This document shows positions 52,443-62,363 of a stretch of 64,000 bases of DNA, one piece after another. Numbering within the stretch: the stretch's first letter is position 1; each line of letters opens with the position of its first letter. Both the position numbers and the translations under genes were made by a program. Origin of the DNA: an uncultured bacterium (lineage in GTDB: Bacteria > Bacillota_I > Bacilli_A > RFN20 > CAG-826); the NCBI GenBank assembly GCA_949297805.1, contig CASFTG010000002.1:15871-79870 (forward strand), in the 5' to 3' direction. The notes below the pieces were generated by a model. The model saw nothing but the letters and a program-made list of their open reading frames with translations, was not told where the DNA came from and ran no database searches.

Positions 52443-53111
52443 TTATTTCGCCGATTCGCTGGAATCGGATTTCTTTTTGAGTTCTTCGAGGATCGCCGTG
52501 AGGAGCTCTTCGGTGGTCGGCTTGGCCGGGGCTGGGGCCTCGGGGACCGGACGTTCTTCCGGATGCTTCTCGTAGTAGGCTTCCAAGGCTTGGGCCTTGA
52601 GGGCTTCCCGCTTCTTCTGGAGGTAATTGACGACTTTGATGATGACAAAGAGGGTCAAGGCGATGATGAGGAAGGAGATGATGGCGTTGATGAAGGCACC
52701 CCAATCGATGATGGCGGCGTTGCTGAAGTAATAGGAGCCGCCGTGTTTGGTATACATGGCAGCAATGGTGTTGTTGAAACCAGTACCATCAGCATTTTGG
52801 GAAAGAGCCAGCCATTCAGTGGTGCTATAAACCTGCTTTAAAGGCTCGCCACCAAGCATAATGTTGCTCGGAGCTTTTTGGTTTTCGTTAGCCGCCGGCA
52901 AGACGGTGACTAAGCCGGATAAGCCGCCCGGGACGCCCCAGGTGCAGACCGACATTAAGATCGAGGTGAAGGCCGTGACGATGGCATTGAAGGCGCCGCC
53001 GATGATAACGCCGACGGCCAGATCGAGGATGTTACCCCGCGAGATGAAGGCTTTGAATTCCTTCCACCATGTTTTGACGGTGGAGTTCTTTTTGGTTTTT
53101 TCTTTGGACAT
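52443..53111 (-). CDS. mscL: Large-conductance mechanosensitive channel with expanded extracytoplasmic loop
   Basis: EFKAFISRGNILDLAVGVIIGGAF, WGAFINAIISFLII, ELLTAILEELK. Confidence 0.93.
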   Translation of the reverse strand: MSKEKTKKNSTVKTWWKEFKAFISRGNILDLAVGVIIGGAFNAIVTAFTSILMSVCTWGVPGGLSGLVTVLPAANENQKAPSNIMLGGEPLKQVYSTTEWLALSQNADGTGFNNTIAAMYTKHGGSYYFSNAAIIDWGAFINAIISFLIIALTLFVIIKVVNYLQKKREALKAQALEAYYEKHPEERPVPEAPAPAKPTTEELLTAILEELKKKSDSSESAK

Positions 53112-53275
53112 AGTTTTTTCCGCTCCCGGCGGTGATTATGCCGGATTGCCTAAGCAATGTTAAACTATTTATTCAGATTTTAGCCTTTCCCATTCTTGCC
53201 TAGAGTTTAGCCTTAATTCAAAAGAATCGCAGTTTAAAACAAAAAGCCCGCAAAACAATGGTTCCGCGAAAGAAA

Positions 53276-53304
53276 TTGACTAAAATCGTAGGCGTATCTA
53301 ATAT
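53276..53304 (+). promoter_or_regulatory. Sigma-A promoter giving a leaderless/near-leaderless transcript
   Basis: TTGACT-17 nt-TAATAT, 9 nt before ATG 53314. Confidence 0.65.
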
Positions 53305-53313
53305 TCTAGGCGT

Positions 53314-54066
53314 ATGCAAATTTTATCTTCTATTCAGGAATTCGACTGGCTCAGCATCCTCTACATCGTCATCATCCTCCTGACCTTATTGATTGGTTTC
53401 TGGAAAGGTGGGATGAAGACCCTTTTCACCATTATCTCCTTGGGTCTTGCGGTTGGCGCTTGTTTCCTGCTAGCCAATCCGGTTGGCAAAGCATTAGAAG
53501 AATCGGCAGTCGGGGAAAAGATATATGGCGCTCTTAACGAGAACATCGGGACGTTACTCAAAGCCATACCCAGCTTCACTGCTAATAACGAAGCGGTTTT
53601 AGGTGAGGTCCTAAGCGACCTCCACATCCCCGAGTTTGTCCATGGACCGTTAATCGAAGCGTTGCAATCCGCCCTCGCGGATAAGCCCCTCGCCTCGGCT
53701 GGGGAAACGATTGCCAGCACCCTGACCTCAATTTTCTGCTCCGGCTTAGCCTATATCATCGTCTTTCTAATTGCCTTCATCGTCATCCGCTTCCTCATTT
53801 GGGTCATTTGCCTAATCGTGAAGAAAGGGCGAACCAAGCCAACTCTCTTCTCTCGTCTACTAGGCTTAGTCCTTGGGGCCGTCAAAGCCTTCGCTATCTG
53901 CTGGGTCATCTCCCTCGTCGTGACTTTGCTCATCTCCTCCGGGTCGGGATTCGGCAACTACCTCGCCGACATCATCGGAATCAACGAGGATGGTTTCTCA
54001 ATCGCCAAGTGGTTCATTGAGACCGACCTTGGTTATTCAAAGGTCATCGGATTTTTCGCCAAATAA
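53314..54066 (+). CDS. CvpA (colicin V production)-family membrane protein
   Basis: IGFWKGG.K.LF, SRLLGLVLG.VKA; 4 TM segments. Confidence 0.75.
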   Translation: MQILSSIQEFDWLSILYIVIILLTLLIGFWKGGMKTLFTIISLGLAVGACFLLANPVGKALEESAVGEKIYGALNENIGTLLKAIPSFTANNEAVLGEVLSDLHIPEFVHGPLIEALQSALADKPLASAGETIASTLTSIFCSGLAYIIVFLIAFIVIRFLIWVICLIVKKGRTKPTLFSRLLGLVLGAVKAFAICWVISLVVTLLISSGSGFGNYLADIIGINEDGFSIAKWFIETDLGYSKVIGFFAK

Positions 54067-54458
54067 CGCCGAAAAATCGAACCTGGCTTCAACCATTTTG
54101 TATTCGTTCCGTCAACCGAAAATCAGTTGTTCCGATAAACACACTAATATTCTGGAAATCCTATACACTGTATAGGGTTTTCAATTTTATATAGAGGCGT
54201 TTTATCTTCTGATTCCCACTAAATATCTACTAATCGTTCTTTTTAGTATCGATGGATAAAGCGTTTTTGATAAATCAATAGGTAAGTCAACCCCTTTGAA
54301 AAGTTCCACGGAGGAAGCAGAGCATATGATTTGATTTTTGGTTTCAGGCTCCTAGAATAACCCTCGCACGACCCCTAAAGGGTGAGGGCTCAACTAGCGA
54401 GAGGGAAACGCCATGAGCCTTTCGAACCCCGTCGGGGGAAGGGAATGGAGTAAGTAAT

Positions 54459-56837
54459 ATGCTGCAAGTTGTCAAACGCGACGGGACCTTAGTGCCCTTC
54501 GATCTGAAGAAAATCCAATCCGCGATGTCCCGGGCTTTCACCGCCGAGAACAAAACCATCAGCGATGATGTTATCGAACTATTGGCCCTCCGGGTCACCT
54601 CGGTTTTCAATAGCAAGGTCCACAATGACCAAATTGGCGTTGAGGACATCCAAGACGCGGTTGAAATCGTCTTGATCCAGGCTGGCTATGTCGATGTCGC
54701 TAAATCCTATATGGATTACCGGACCAAGCGGGCGGCCTTACGTCAAGTCAAGAGCACCACCCTCGACTTTAAAAACGTCGTTGATTCCTACCTCAAAGTC
54801 GCCGACTGGCGGGTTAAGGAAAACTCGACCGTCACTTATTCGGTTGGTGGGCTGATCCTTTCCAACTCCGGCGCCGTCACCGCCAACTACTGGTTAAGTG
54901 AAGTCTATGACAAAGACATCGCCGACGCTCACCGGAATGCCGACATCCATATCCATGACCTTTCGATGCTGACCGGCTACTGCGCCGGCTGGTCCTTGAA
55001 GCAATTGATCAAGGAAGGCTTAGGCGGCGTGCCGGGCAAGATCACCAGCGCCCCCGCCAAGCACCTCATGACCCTTTGCAACCAGATGGTCAACTTCCTC
55101 GGCATCATGCAAAACGAATGGGCCGGCGCCCAGGCGTTCTCCTCCTTCGATACTTACCTCGCTCCGTTCGTCAAAGTCGACCACCTCTCTTATTCCGAAG
55201 TCAAACAGTGCATCCAATCCTTCATCTTCGGGGTCAATACCCCCTCGCGTTGGGGCACCCAGTCGCCGTTTACCAACATCACCCTCGACTGGACCGTCCC
55301 CGATGATATGGCCAATCTCCCGGCCATCGTCGGCGGGAAGGAAATGGACTTCACCTATGGCGATTGCAAAGAGGAGATGGCGATGGTCAACAAAGCCTTC
55401 ATCGAGACCATGATCGAAGGCGACGCCAATGGCCGGGGCTTCCAATATCCGATCCCGACCTACTCCATCACCAAGGACTTCGATTGGTCGGCCACCGAGA
55501 ACAATAAGCTTCTCTTCACCATGACCGCCAAATACGGCACCCCCTACTTCTCCAACTATATCAACTCTGATATGAAGCCGAGCGACGTCCGCTCGATGTG
55601 CTGCCGGCTCCGGCTCGATCTCCGCGAGCTCCGCAAGAAAAGCGGCGGTTACTTCGGCTCGGGCGAAAGCACCGGCTCGGTCGGCGTCGTCACCATCAAC
55701 ATGCCGCGGATCGCTTATCTAGCCACCGATAAGGAAGATTTCTATGCCCGACTTGACCGCTTGATGGACCTCTCGGCCCGCTCACTCAAAGTCAAACGGG
55801 AAACCGTCTCCCGCTTGCTCGAAGCCGGCCTCTATCCTTACACCAAGCATTACCTTGGCTCCTTCAACAACCACTTCTCGACCATCGGGTTAGTTGGCAT
55901 GAACGAAGCCTGCCTCAATGCCCGTTGGATCAGAGCCGATCTCACTCATAAGGAAGCGCAGGAGTTCACCGTCGAAGTCCTCAACCACATGCGGACCCGC
56001 CTCTCTGATTACCAAGAGAAATACGGCGACCTCTATAACCTCGAGGCTACCCCGGCCGAATCGACCGCCTATCGGTTAGCCAAGCACGACAAGGAACGGT
56101 ATCCGGACATCATCACCGCCTCCAAAGACGGCGATACCCCGTTCTATACCAACTCCTCGCACTTGCCAGTCGGCTTCACCTCCGACATCTTCGAGGCCCT
56201 CGATATCGAGGATCAGTTCCAGACCCTCTATACCTCCGGCACCGTCTTCCACGCCTTCTTAGGGCAGAGGCTCCCGAACTGGGAATCCTGCATGAAGCTG
56301 GTCCGGAAGATCGCCGAGAACTACAAACTCCCCTACTACACCATGTCCCCGACCTACTCGGTCTGCGAAGACCATGGCTACATCACCGGGGAAGAATACA
56401 AGTGCCCCATCTGCGGCAAGGAAACCGAGGTCTACTCCCGGATCACCGGTTACTACCGGCCGGTCAAGAACTGGAACGCCGGCAAGTCCCAGGAATTCAA
56501 GATGCGGAAGACCTACGATATGAGCAAGTCCTCCGACGTCCATGTCCATGATGGCGCCTGCTGCCAGTTCGGTGAGCAGAAGAACGCGGCTCCCAAACTC
56601 AATGAGATCCTCCTCTTCACCTCTCCGACCTGCCCCAACTGCAAGATGGCCAAGATGCTCCTTGATAAGTCCGGCATTCATTACCATATGATCGACGCGA
56701 CCACCAACGTTGAGACGACCAAGGCCTATGGGGTCAAACAAGCCCCGACCCTCGTCGTCCCCAATGGCGACTCCTACTCGACCTACGAGAACGCCTCTCT
56801 CATCAAAGGCTACATCGACTCGACCAAAGCCAACTAA
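54459..56837 (+). CDS. nrdD: Class III (anaerobic) ribonucleoside-triphosphate reductase with ATP cone and C-terminal glutaredoxin-like domain
   Basis: VVKRDG ATP cone, IHIHDL, GYCAGW, SMCCRL, EATPAES, CEDHG..CPIC, YSRITGYY glycyl loop; C-terminal TCPNC...QAPTL. Confidence 0.96.
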   Translation: MLQVVKRDGTLVPFDLKKIQSAMSRAFTAENKTISDDVIELLALRVTSVFNSKVHNDQIGVEDIQDAVEIVLIQAGYVDVAKSYMDYRTKRAALRQVKSTTLDFKNVVDSYLKVADWRVKENSTVTYSVGGLILSNSGAVTANYWLSEVYDKDIADAHRNADIHIHDLSMLTGYCAGWSLKQLIKEGLGGVPGKITSAPAKHLMTLCNQMVNFLGIMQNEWAGAQAFSSFDTYLAPFVKVDHLSYSEVKQCIQSFIFGVNTPSRWGTQSPFTNITLDWTVPDDMANLPAIVGGKEMDFTYGDCKEEMAMVNKAFIETMIEGDANGRGFQYPIPTYSITKDFDWSATENNKLLFTMTAKYGTPYFSNYINSDMKPSDVRSMCCRLRLDLRELRKKSGGYFGSGESTGSVGVVTINMPRIAYLATDKEDFYARLDRLMDLSARSLKVKRETVSRLLEAGLYPYTKHYLGSFNNHFSTIGLVGMNEACLNARWIRADLTHKEAQEFTVEVLNHMRTRLSDYQEKYGDLYNLEATPAESTAYRLAKHDKERYPDIITASKDGDTPFYTNSSHLPVGFTSDIFEALDIEDQFQTLYTSGTVFHAFLGQRLPNWESCMKLVRKIAENYKLPYYTMSPTYSVCEDHGYITGEEYKCPICGKETEVYSRITGYYRPVKNWNAGKSQEFKMRKTYDMSKSSDVHVHDGACCQFGEQKNAAPKLNEILLFTSPTCPNCKMAKMLLDKSGIHYHMIDATTNVETTKAYGVKQAPTLVVPNGDSYSTYENASLIKGYIDSTKAN

Positions 56838-56843
56838 AATAAT

Positions 56844-56870
56844 AAGGCTTCCCTAACCGGAGGCCTTTTT
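56844..56870 (+). terminator. Hairpin/terminator between nrdD and trxB
   Basis: AAGGCTTCC-CTAACC-GGAGGCCTT-TTT. Confidence 0.65.
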
Positions 56871-56884
56871 ACGAAAGGAATACT

Positions 56885-57793
56885 ATGCACGACGTCATCA
56901 TCATCGGCGCCGGCCCCGCCGGCTTAAGCGCCGCTCTATATTTGCTTCGGAGCAACCTCGATGTCTTATTGATTGAGAAGGAAGGCATCGGGGGCCAGAT
57001 CGCCAAATCGCCAAGGTTAGAGAATTACCCGGCCATCGAATCCATCTCCGGGATGGAATGGGCCGATAAACTATTCAATCAAATCGATAACCTCGGGGTC
57101 CATTTCGACTTCGGGGAAGTCACCACCATCAAAAAGCTCGGCGAGGCCCATTTCCAAGTCGATTATGGAACAATAGAGGAAAGCAAAGCCGTCATCATCG
57201 CCAGCGGCGTCTCCCATCGAAACCTCGGCCTCCCCAAAGAAGAGCAATTCGTCGGCCATGGCCTTAGTTACTGCGCCACCTGTGATGGGGCCTTCTATAA
57301 GGACCAAGACGTCTTGGTCGTCGGCGATGGCAACACCGCCGTCCAATATGCCATCTCCTTGGCTAATTTATGCAAGAAAGTCACGATTTGCACACTTTTT
57401 GATAAATTCTTTGCCGATGAAATCATCGTGCAACGGATGGAAAGCCTGCCGAATGTCGTCATTCGCCATAACCTGGAATCAAAGGAATTATTAGGCGAAA
57501 AAGAATTAACCGGCGTCCGGTTTCTAAATAAGGAAAGCGGCGAAATGGAGACACTAAACGCCGATGGGGTATTCGTCGCCATCGGGCAGGTCCCCCATAA
57601 CGAAGCCTTCGCCCCCTTAGTCGACTTAGAAAAAGGCTTCATCACCGTCGATGAGGATATGCAAACCAAGACGCCGGGACTTTTTGCCGCCGGAGATTGC
57701 CGGGCAAAGAAAACGCGGCAGGTCGTAACCGCCGTCTCGGACGGGGCGATCGCCGCGGTGTCGGCTGAGAAATACCTCAGTCGTAATTCCTAA
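56885..57793 (+). CDS. trxB: Thioredoxin reductase
   Basis: IIGAGPAGLSAA, GGQ..ENYP, SYCATCDG, VVGDGNTA, FAAGD. Confidence 0.93.
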   Translation: MHDVIIIGAGPAGLSAALYLLRSNLDVLLIEKEGIGGQIAKSPRLENYPAIESISGMEWADKLFNQIDNLGVHFDFGEVTTIKKLGEAHFQVDYGTIEESKAVIIASGVSHRNLGLPKEEQFVGHGLSYCATCDGAFYKDQDVLVVGDGNTAVQYAISLANLCKKVTICTLFDKFFADEIIVQRMESLPNVVIRHNLESKELLGEKELTGVRFLNKESGEMETLNADGVFVAIGQVPHNEAFAPLVDLEKGFITVDEDMQTKTPGLFAAGDCRAKKTRQVVTAVSDGAIAAVSAEKYLSRNS

Positions 57794-58469
57794 GCTTTGT
57801 ATTGGGAACGAATTCACTAGCCGCGAGGCGGAGCGCTTCCGCCTCTTTTTTGTCGAAAGCGTGGAACCCATGTTCCAGACACCCTTCCCGGTCAATATAC
57901 ATCTGAAGGAAGTATTTCTTGGCTCCAGCGATTAACCGGGCCGCCCCCTTTATCGATTCCTCGTCATGGAATTCCTTGATGATGGTGGTCCGGAATTCGT
58001 ATTCCAAGCCGGAGTTCATAATAAGACTTACCGAGCGTTTAATCCGGTCGATCTCAAAATAGGATAAGCCAGCGGTTCCCGCGTACCTTTCGGGCGAGTT
58101 TTTGATGTCCATGGCAATATAGTCGACGAGGCCCTTATTAATCGCTTCCTCGATTATCTCCGGCCGATAGCCATTGGTATCGAGCTTGACCTTATAGCCA
58201 TAGGATTTGATCTCTGAAAGTTTTTCGAGGATATCGTCCATCAAAGTCGGCTCGCCGCCAGAGACGCAGACGCCTTCAAGGACGCCCTGCCGCTTCCGAA
58301 GGTAATCCTGGATATCCAACCAAGGGATATAGTTAACGTCTTGGCCTAAGACCAAAGCGCCGTTATGACAAAAGGGGCAACGGAAATTGCAATGGGCGCA
58401 GAATAAAGTCGAGGTGACGTAATCGTCGAAATCGACTAGGGAGAGTTTCTCCCAGCCGGAGAAATCCAT
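57777..58469 (-). CDS. nrdG: Anaerobic RNR activating enzyme (radical SAM)
   Basis: KLSLVDF, CNFRCPFCHN, SGGEPT, KLDTNG, AMDIK, EFRTT. Confidence 0.92.
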   Translation of the reverse strand: MDFSGWEKLSLVDFDDYVTSTLFCAHCNFRCPFCHNGALVLGQDVNYIPWLDIQDYLRKRQGVLEGVCVSGGEPTLMDDILEKLSEIKSYGYKVKLDTNGYRPEIIEEAINKGLVDYIAMDIKNSPERYAGTAGLSYFEIDRIKRSVSLIMNSGLEYEFRTTIIKEFHDEESIKGAARLIAGAKKYFLQMYIDREGCLEHGFHAFDKKEAEALRLAASEFVPNTKLRNYD

Positions 58470-58474
58470 AAGGT

Positions 58475-59305
58475 TTATTCTTCGTTGGGTTTATCTTCGG
58501 AAGCCGTTTCTTCCGGTTTATCGGCATTGTCGTCGGCCGGTTCTTCCTTGGCGTCAGATTCGTCGCTCTTTTCTTCACTCGAGGTCTCTTCCGTCTTGGT
58601 TTCCTCGACGGGGGTTTCTTCTTTCTTTTCTTCCGTGGTCGGTTCCTCAGTCTCGACCTCCACCACTTCCTTGTTCATCGAAGCAGTCGCTTTCTCGGCT
58701 TTCTCCGCCCGTTTGATCTCAACGTAATAGGCAATGGTCAAATAGAGGACCAACGCCCCAGCTAAAGCGAGGATGATCCCGAATAAGACCAAGAAGATGA
58801 CGAGGATATTCCGTTCGAGCAAGATGGCGGCGGTGATGCCCCCGGCGATCAACAAGACCCCGATGACGATTAAGACGATGTTCTTCCAGGTCTCGCCGGC
58901 TTTCTTAACTAAATAGACAATGGCATAGACGATGGCGACCAATCCAGCGATGGCCACAAGCGTGCCAATGAAGATACCGATGAAATGGAAGACGATGGTG
59001 GCCGATTCCAAATCGGTCCCGATGACCACAAGCAAGACGCCGCAGGCCATTTCCAAGGCCCCGGTGACCGCTTGCCCGTAAGTGGTCTTGATCAGGGTGA
59101 CATCACCGATATTGACGACCGATACGACGTCTAAGACAATTCGCAGCACCGCATCGGCGATGACTAAGCAGCCAATCGTCAAGATGATGGCGTTTTGGAA
59201 CCCTTTGTTTTGGCAATAGGCCATCGCGAGGACGCCCGCGACGATAAGCAGCAACGCCTCGAATATGTTAAGCAACAACCAGCCGAGTTTCCCTTTTCTG
59301 AACAT
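58475..59305 (-). CDS. HdeD/DUF308-like membrane protein with acidic tail
   Basis: Six TM segments, E/T-rich C-terminus; similar to its neighbour. Confidence 0.7.
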   Translation of the reverse strand: MFRKGKLGWLLLNIFEALLLIVAGVLAMAYCQNKGFQNAIILTIGCLVIADAVLRIVLDVVSVVNIGDVTLIKTTYGQAVTGALEMACGVLLVVIGTDLESATIVFHFIGIFIGTLVAIAGLVAIVYAIVYLVKKAGETWKNIVLIVIGVLLIAGGITAAILLERNILVIFLVLFGIILALAGALVLYLTIAYYVEIKRAEKAEKATASMNKEVVEVETEEPTTEEKKEETPVEETKTEETSSEEKSDESDAKEEPADDNADKPEETASEDKPNEE

Positions 59306-59317
59306 GACTTTTCCTCC

Positions 59318-60097
59318 TTATTCTTTGTCCTTCGACTCGATTTGCTTCGGGTCGGAGGAAGGTATCTCTATGATATCGCCTTTCTTAAGCTTTTTGTGCT
59401 CTTTCTTGCTTGATTTCTTCCCTTGTTCGGGTTGCTCGAAATCAAAAACCTCGACATCCTCGATTGGGACGACGTAATTGGCTTTCTTCGCCTTCCGAAG
59501 AGAGATACCGGTGATGATGGCCTGGGCTAAGCCAGCGACGCCCATGACCGCCCCGATGACGATCAAGGTCACCTTGTTCCGCATTCCGATATCCGAACCA
59601 TAATAGAGAAGGATAATGGTTAAGCCGATGGCCAAGAGGATGGCCCCGAAGATAATCTCGACGATCGGCATGAAGAAGGTTGGGGCGTTTTTCCGCGCGA
59701 TCATCAATATCGAGAAGAGAATGAAGAGGAAGCCAATGACGAGCAACAAGACCCCAAGGAAATTGACGATGATATCGATGAAGGCCTTATGCATGATGGC
59801 GACCACCACCCCGGCCGTGATCTCGAATCCCCCGATCAGCATAATGGAGGAATCGGGGCTCTTTTTCTGCTTGGTCATGACCATGACGATCCGCAAGACC
59901 CCGTCCATGGCGATGAACACCCCAACCACGATGGCTAAGACCGTCTGAATCGGGGATTGGTCAGGATTATCCTTGGTAAAAAGGATGGCGACGACGATCG
60001 AAAGGGCGCCGGCGGCCATCAATAAGAACGCCTCAATCAGGTTCCACGCCCCCCAAAGGTGGGATATCTTCTTTTGCTTTTCGTTATCCATATTCAA
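59318..60097 (-). CDS. HdeD/DUF308-like membrane protein (paralog)
   Basis: N..EA.LL..AG.L, D..LRIV, G..E...GV shared with 58475. Confidence 0.7.
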   Translation of the reverse strand: MNMDNEKQKKISHLWGAWNLIEAFLLMAAGALSIVVAILFTKDNPDQSPIQTVLAIVVGVFIAMDGVLRIVMVMTKQKKSPDSSIMLIGGFEITAGVVVAIMHKAFIDIIVNFLGVLLLVIGFLFILFSILMIARKNAPTFFMPIVEIIFGAILLAIGLTIILLYYGSDIGMRNKVTLIVIGAVMGVAGLAQAIITGISLRKAKKANYVVPIEDVEVFDFEQPEQGKKSSKKEHKKLKKGDIIEIPSSDPKQIESKDKE

Positions 60098-60166
60098 ATT
60101 CGTTTGTGGTTTCTAGAAATTCGCTTAAAGTATATCGCGTCAAGAAAGGACTGGAAGTAAAAAGCC

Positions 60167-61393
60167 ATGAAAAAAGCCATTCTTAAATCCTATGCCAAGT
60201 TGATCGTCCGTTCGGGTTTGGCCGTTAAACCGGGCCAAGCCGTCATCATCAAAGCCAACGTCGATCAAGAGGCGTTCGCCGCCATGGTGGCTAAGGAATG
60301 CTATAACGCCGGAGCCAGCCGGGTCGTGATGAACTGGCAATCGGAGAAACTAAACCGGATCGATTTGAAGAAAGGGCATCTCCGCCCCTTCTTGAAGAAC
60401 CTGCCCCAAGAGGTCGCCTATCAGCAATGGTTCACCGAGGCCTTGCCCTGCTTCCTCTGGCTCGATTCCGATGACCCCGATGCTTTAAAAGGCACCGACC
60501 CGAAGAAAGCCGCTCGGATCAAGGCGGCTAAAAACGCTGAAGTCGAGCCGCTCATCAAGAAACGGGAGAACCGTTATCAATGGTGCATCGCCGCCATCCC
60601 GAGCGAGAAATGGGCCAAGAAGGTGTTCCCCGAATTGACCAAAGCCGAAGGGATGAAGAAACTTTGGGAAGCGATACTCGTCGCCTCGAGAGCCTATACC
60701 GGTGACCCGATTGCCAATTGGGAAGACCATGACCACATCCTCAAGCAAAAGTGCGCAAAACTCAATTCGTTGCATTTGAAATCGCTCCATTACACCTCAA
60801 GCAACGGGACCGACTTGACCGTCGGCCTTAACCCCGACGTCATTTGGCTTGGGGGCGGGGAGACCACCGTCAGCGGCGCCTATTTCCAACCCAATATCCC
60901 GAGCGAAGAATGCTTCACCTCGCCGATCAAAGGCCTGGCCGAAGGCATCGTCTACGCCTCGAAGCCCTTAGCCTATCAAGGCCACTTAGTTAAAAACTTC
61001 TGGATCCGTTTCCATGAAGGTAAAGCGGTCGAGGTTGGGGCGGAACAAGGTAAAGACGTCCTTGAATCGATCATCGCTCTTGATGAAGGGGCAGGGTATC
61101 TTGGCGAATGTGCCCTCGTGCCCTACGACTCCCCCATCAATAATACCGGCATCCTCTTCTACAATACCTTGTTCGACGAGAACGCCGCTTGCCATCTAGC
61201 CATCGGAAGGGGGTTCACCAACCTTTATCCGAACCACGATAAATACACCGACAAAGAACTGGAGGACTTCGGCATCAACTCCTCGATGAGCCACGTCGAC
61301 TTCATGATCGGCAACGCCGACTTAAAGATCGTCGGCACCACCGTCGACGGGAATGAGGTCACCATCTTCGATCAAGGCAATTGGGCGATTTAA
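60167..61393 (+). CDS. M29-family aminopeptidase (PepS/AmpS-like)
   Basis: PNIPSEECFTSP, YLGECALV, NTLFDENAACHLAIG, NSSMSHVDFMIG. Confidence 0.93.
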   Translation: MKKAILKSYAKLIVRSGLAVKPGQAVIIKANVDQEAFAAMVAKECYNAGASRVVMNWQSEKLNRIDLKKGHLRPFLKNLPQEVAYQQWFTEALPCFLWLDSDDPDALKGTDPKKAARIKAAKNAEVEPLIKKRENRYQWCIAAIPSEKWAKKVFPELTKAEGMKKLWEAILVASRAYTGDPIANWEDHDHILKQKCAKLNSLHLKSLHYTSSNGTDLTVGLNPDVIWLGGGETTVSGAYFQPNIPSEECFTSPIKGLAEGIVYASKPLAYQGHLVKNFWIRFHEGKAVEVGAEQGKDVLESIIALDEGAGYLGECALVPYDSPINNTGILFYNTLFDENAACHLAIGRGFTNLYPNHDKYTDKELEDFGINSSMSHVDFMIGNADLKIVGTTVDGNEVTIFDQGNWAI

Positions 61394-61402
61394 TCCCTAA
61401 AC

Positions 61403-61969
61403 TTAGTAACCTAATGGTCCGCAAGGGCCGTTTTCTTTATCGATCCGGGCTTTCTGCTCGGTGTAGAAACGTAAGAGTTCCTTGTCTTTCCCATCACGAG
61501 AAGCCCGTAAAAACTTTTTAAGCAACAAATCCCGATCAAGGTCATCCTCATTGTAATGATACCGTTCCTTCAATCGGTCAAGCCCCCATTCGAAGTCTTG
61601 AGTGTGGTATACGTAATAACGCCGGGCTAAATCCTTCATCGAGAAGATTTGGTAAAAGGCTGCCGAGGTCAACTGCCGGGTGTAGCAGACATAACGGGAA
61701 AAATAGCCGATCCATTCCATAACCGGCTCCGGCCATTTGACATGACCATATCCTTTATCGCCATATTGTTCCTTTAAGGCATCAAAAGCGGTCCCAAGAA
61801 GCTCATCGACTTGATACATTTTTGCTTTATCAAGAAAATAGGCAAAATCCGATTTCATGAACCGGCGAATGAAAACTGGGCTCGAGCACGAAAATTCCTC
61901 AGCCGAATTTAGAAATATGTTTGCTTGATATTCGGCTAACAAACGGCCAAATTCGTCGAACTCTCTCAT
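61403..61969 (-). CDS. Hypothetical protein, putative partner of the DUF3990-like gene
   Basis: YQ..IF, CSSPVFIRRFM.S, WIGY..RY, YHTQ; start overlaps the upstream stop. Confidence 0.7.
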   Translation of the reverse strand: MREFDEFGRLLAEYQANIFLNSAEEFSCSSPVFIRRFMKSDFAYFLDKAKMYQVDELLGTAFDALKEQYGDKGYGHVKWPEPVMEWIGYFSRYVCYTRQLTSAAFYQIFSMKDLARRYYVYHTQDFEWGLDRLKERYHYNEDDLDRDLLLKKFLRASRDGKDKELLRFYTEQKARIDKENGPCGPLGY

Positions 61970-62310
61970 TTCAAAATATCCTCGATATAGTCACCCTGAC
62001 CTTTAAAATTTCTTTTAGCTAATTTCAGTTTTCTTCGAATCTCCCGAGCCGAATCCTCTTGAACTAATGCACAATGTGATTTTTCACCATCGGACAAAAA
62101 CAGCCGTTCGCAAAAGAACAGGCAAGAAACTGCTTTGGGGGTTTTGATAACATACTGCTTACCAAGGCGCGAAGCCGACAGAGCGTGTTGAGCTTCAATA
62201 TCAGTAATGTCACCATTAGCAAATTGTCCCATTATGGTAAACATACGATTGTCGGCGATGGGAGCAATGATTAAATCGGCTGCTTGCACGCGATCGATCT
62301 GTTCTTTTAT
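61966..62310 (-). pseudogene. 5'-truncated DUF3990-like gene
   Basis: DLIIAPIADNRMF, LG.QYVIKT.KA C-terminal motifs; N-terminal half replaced by AT-rich DNA. Confidence 0.6.
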
Positions 62311-62363
62311 TGAAAATGCATGAAAAAACGTATCAAAATATTTTATAAACTCTTACAAACCTT

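Noticed and set aside
54135..54235. NrdR boxes upstream of nrdD (ACACTAATATTCTGG, CCTATACACTGTATAGG, CCACTAAATATCTAC)
   Set aside because: Only partial matches to the NrdR consensus, not in the usual tandem spacing, and far from the predicted promoter
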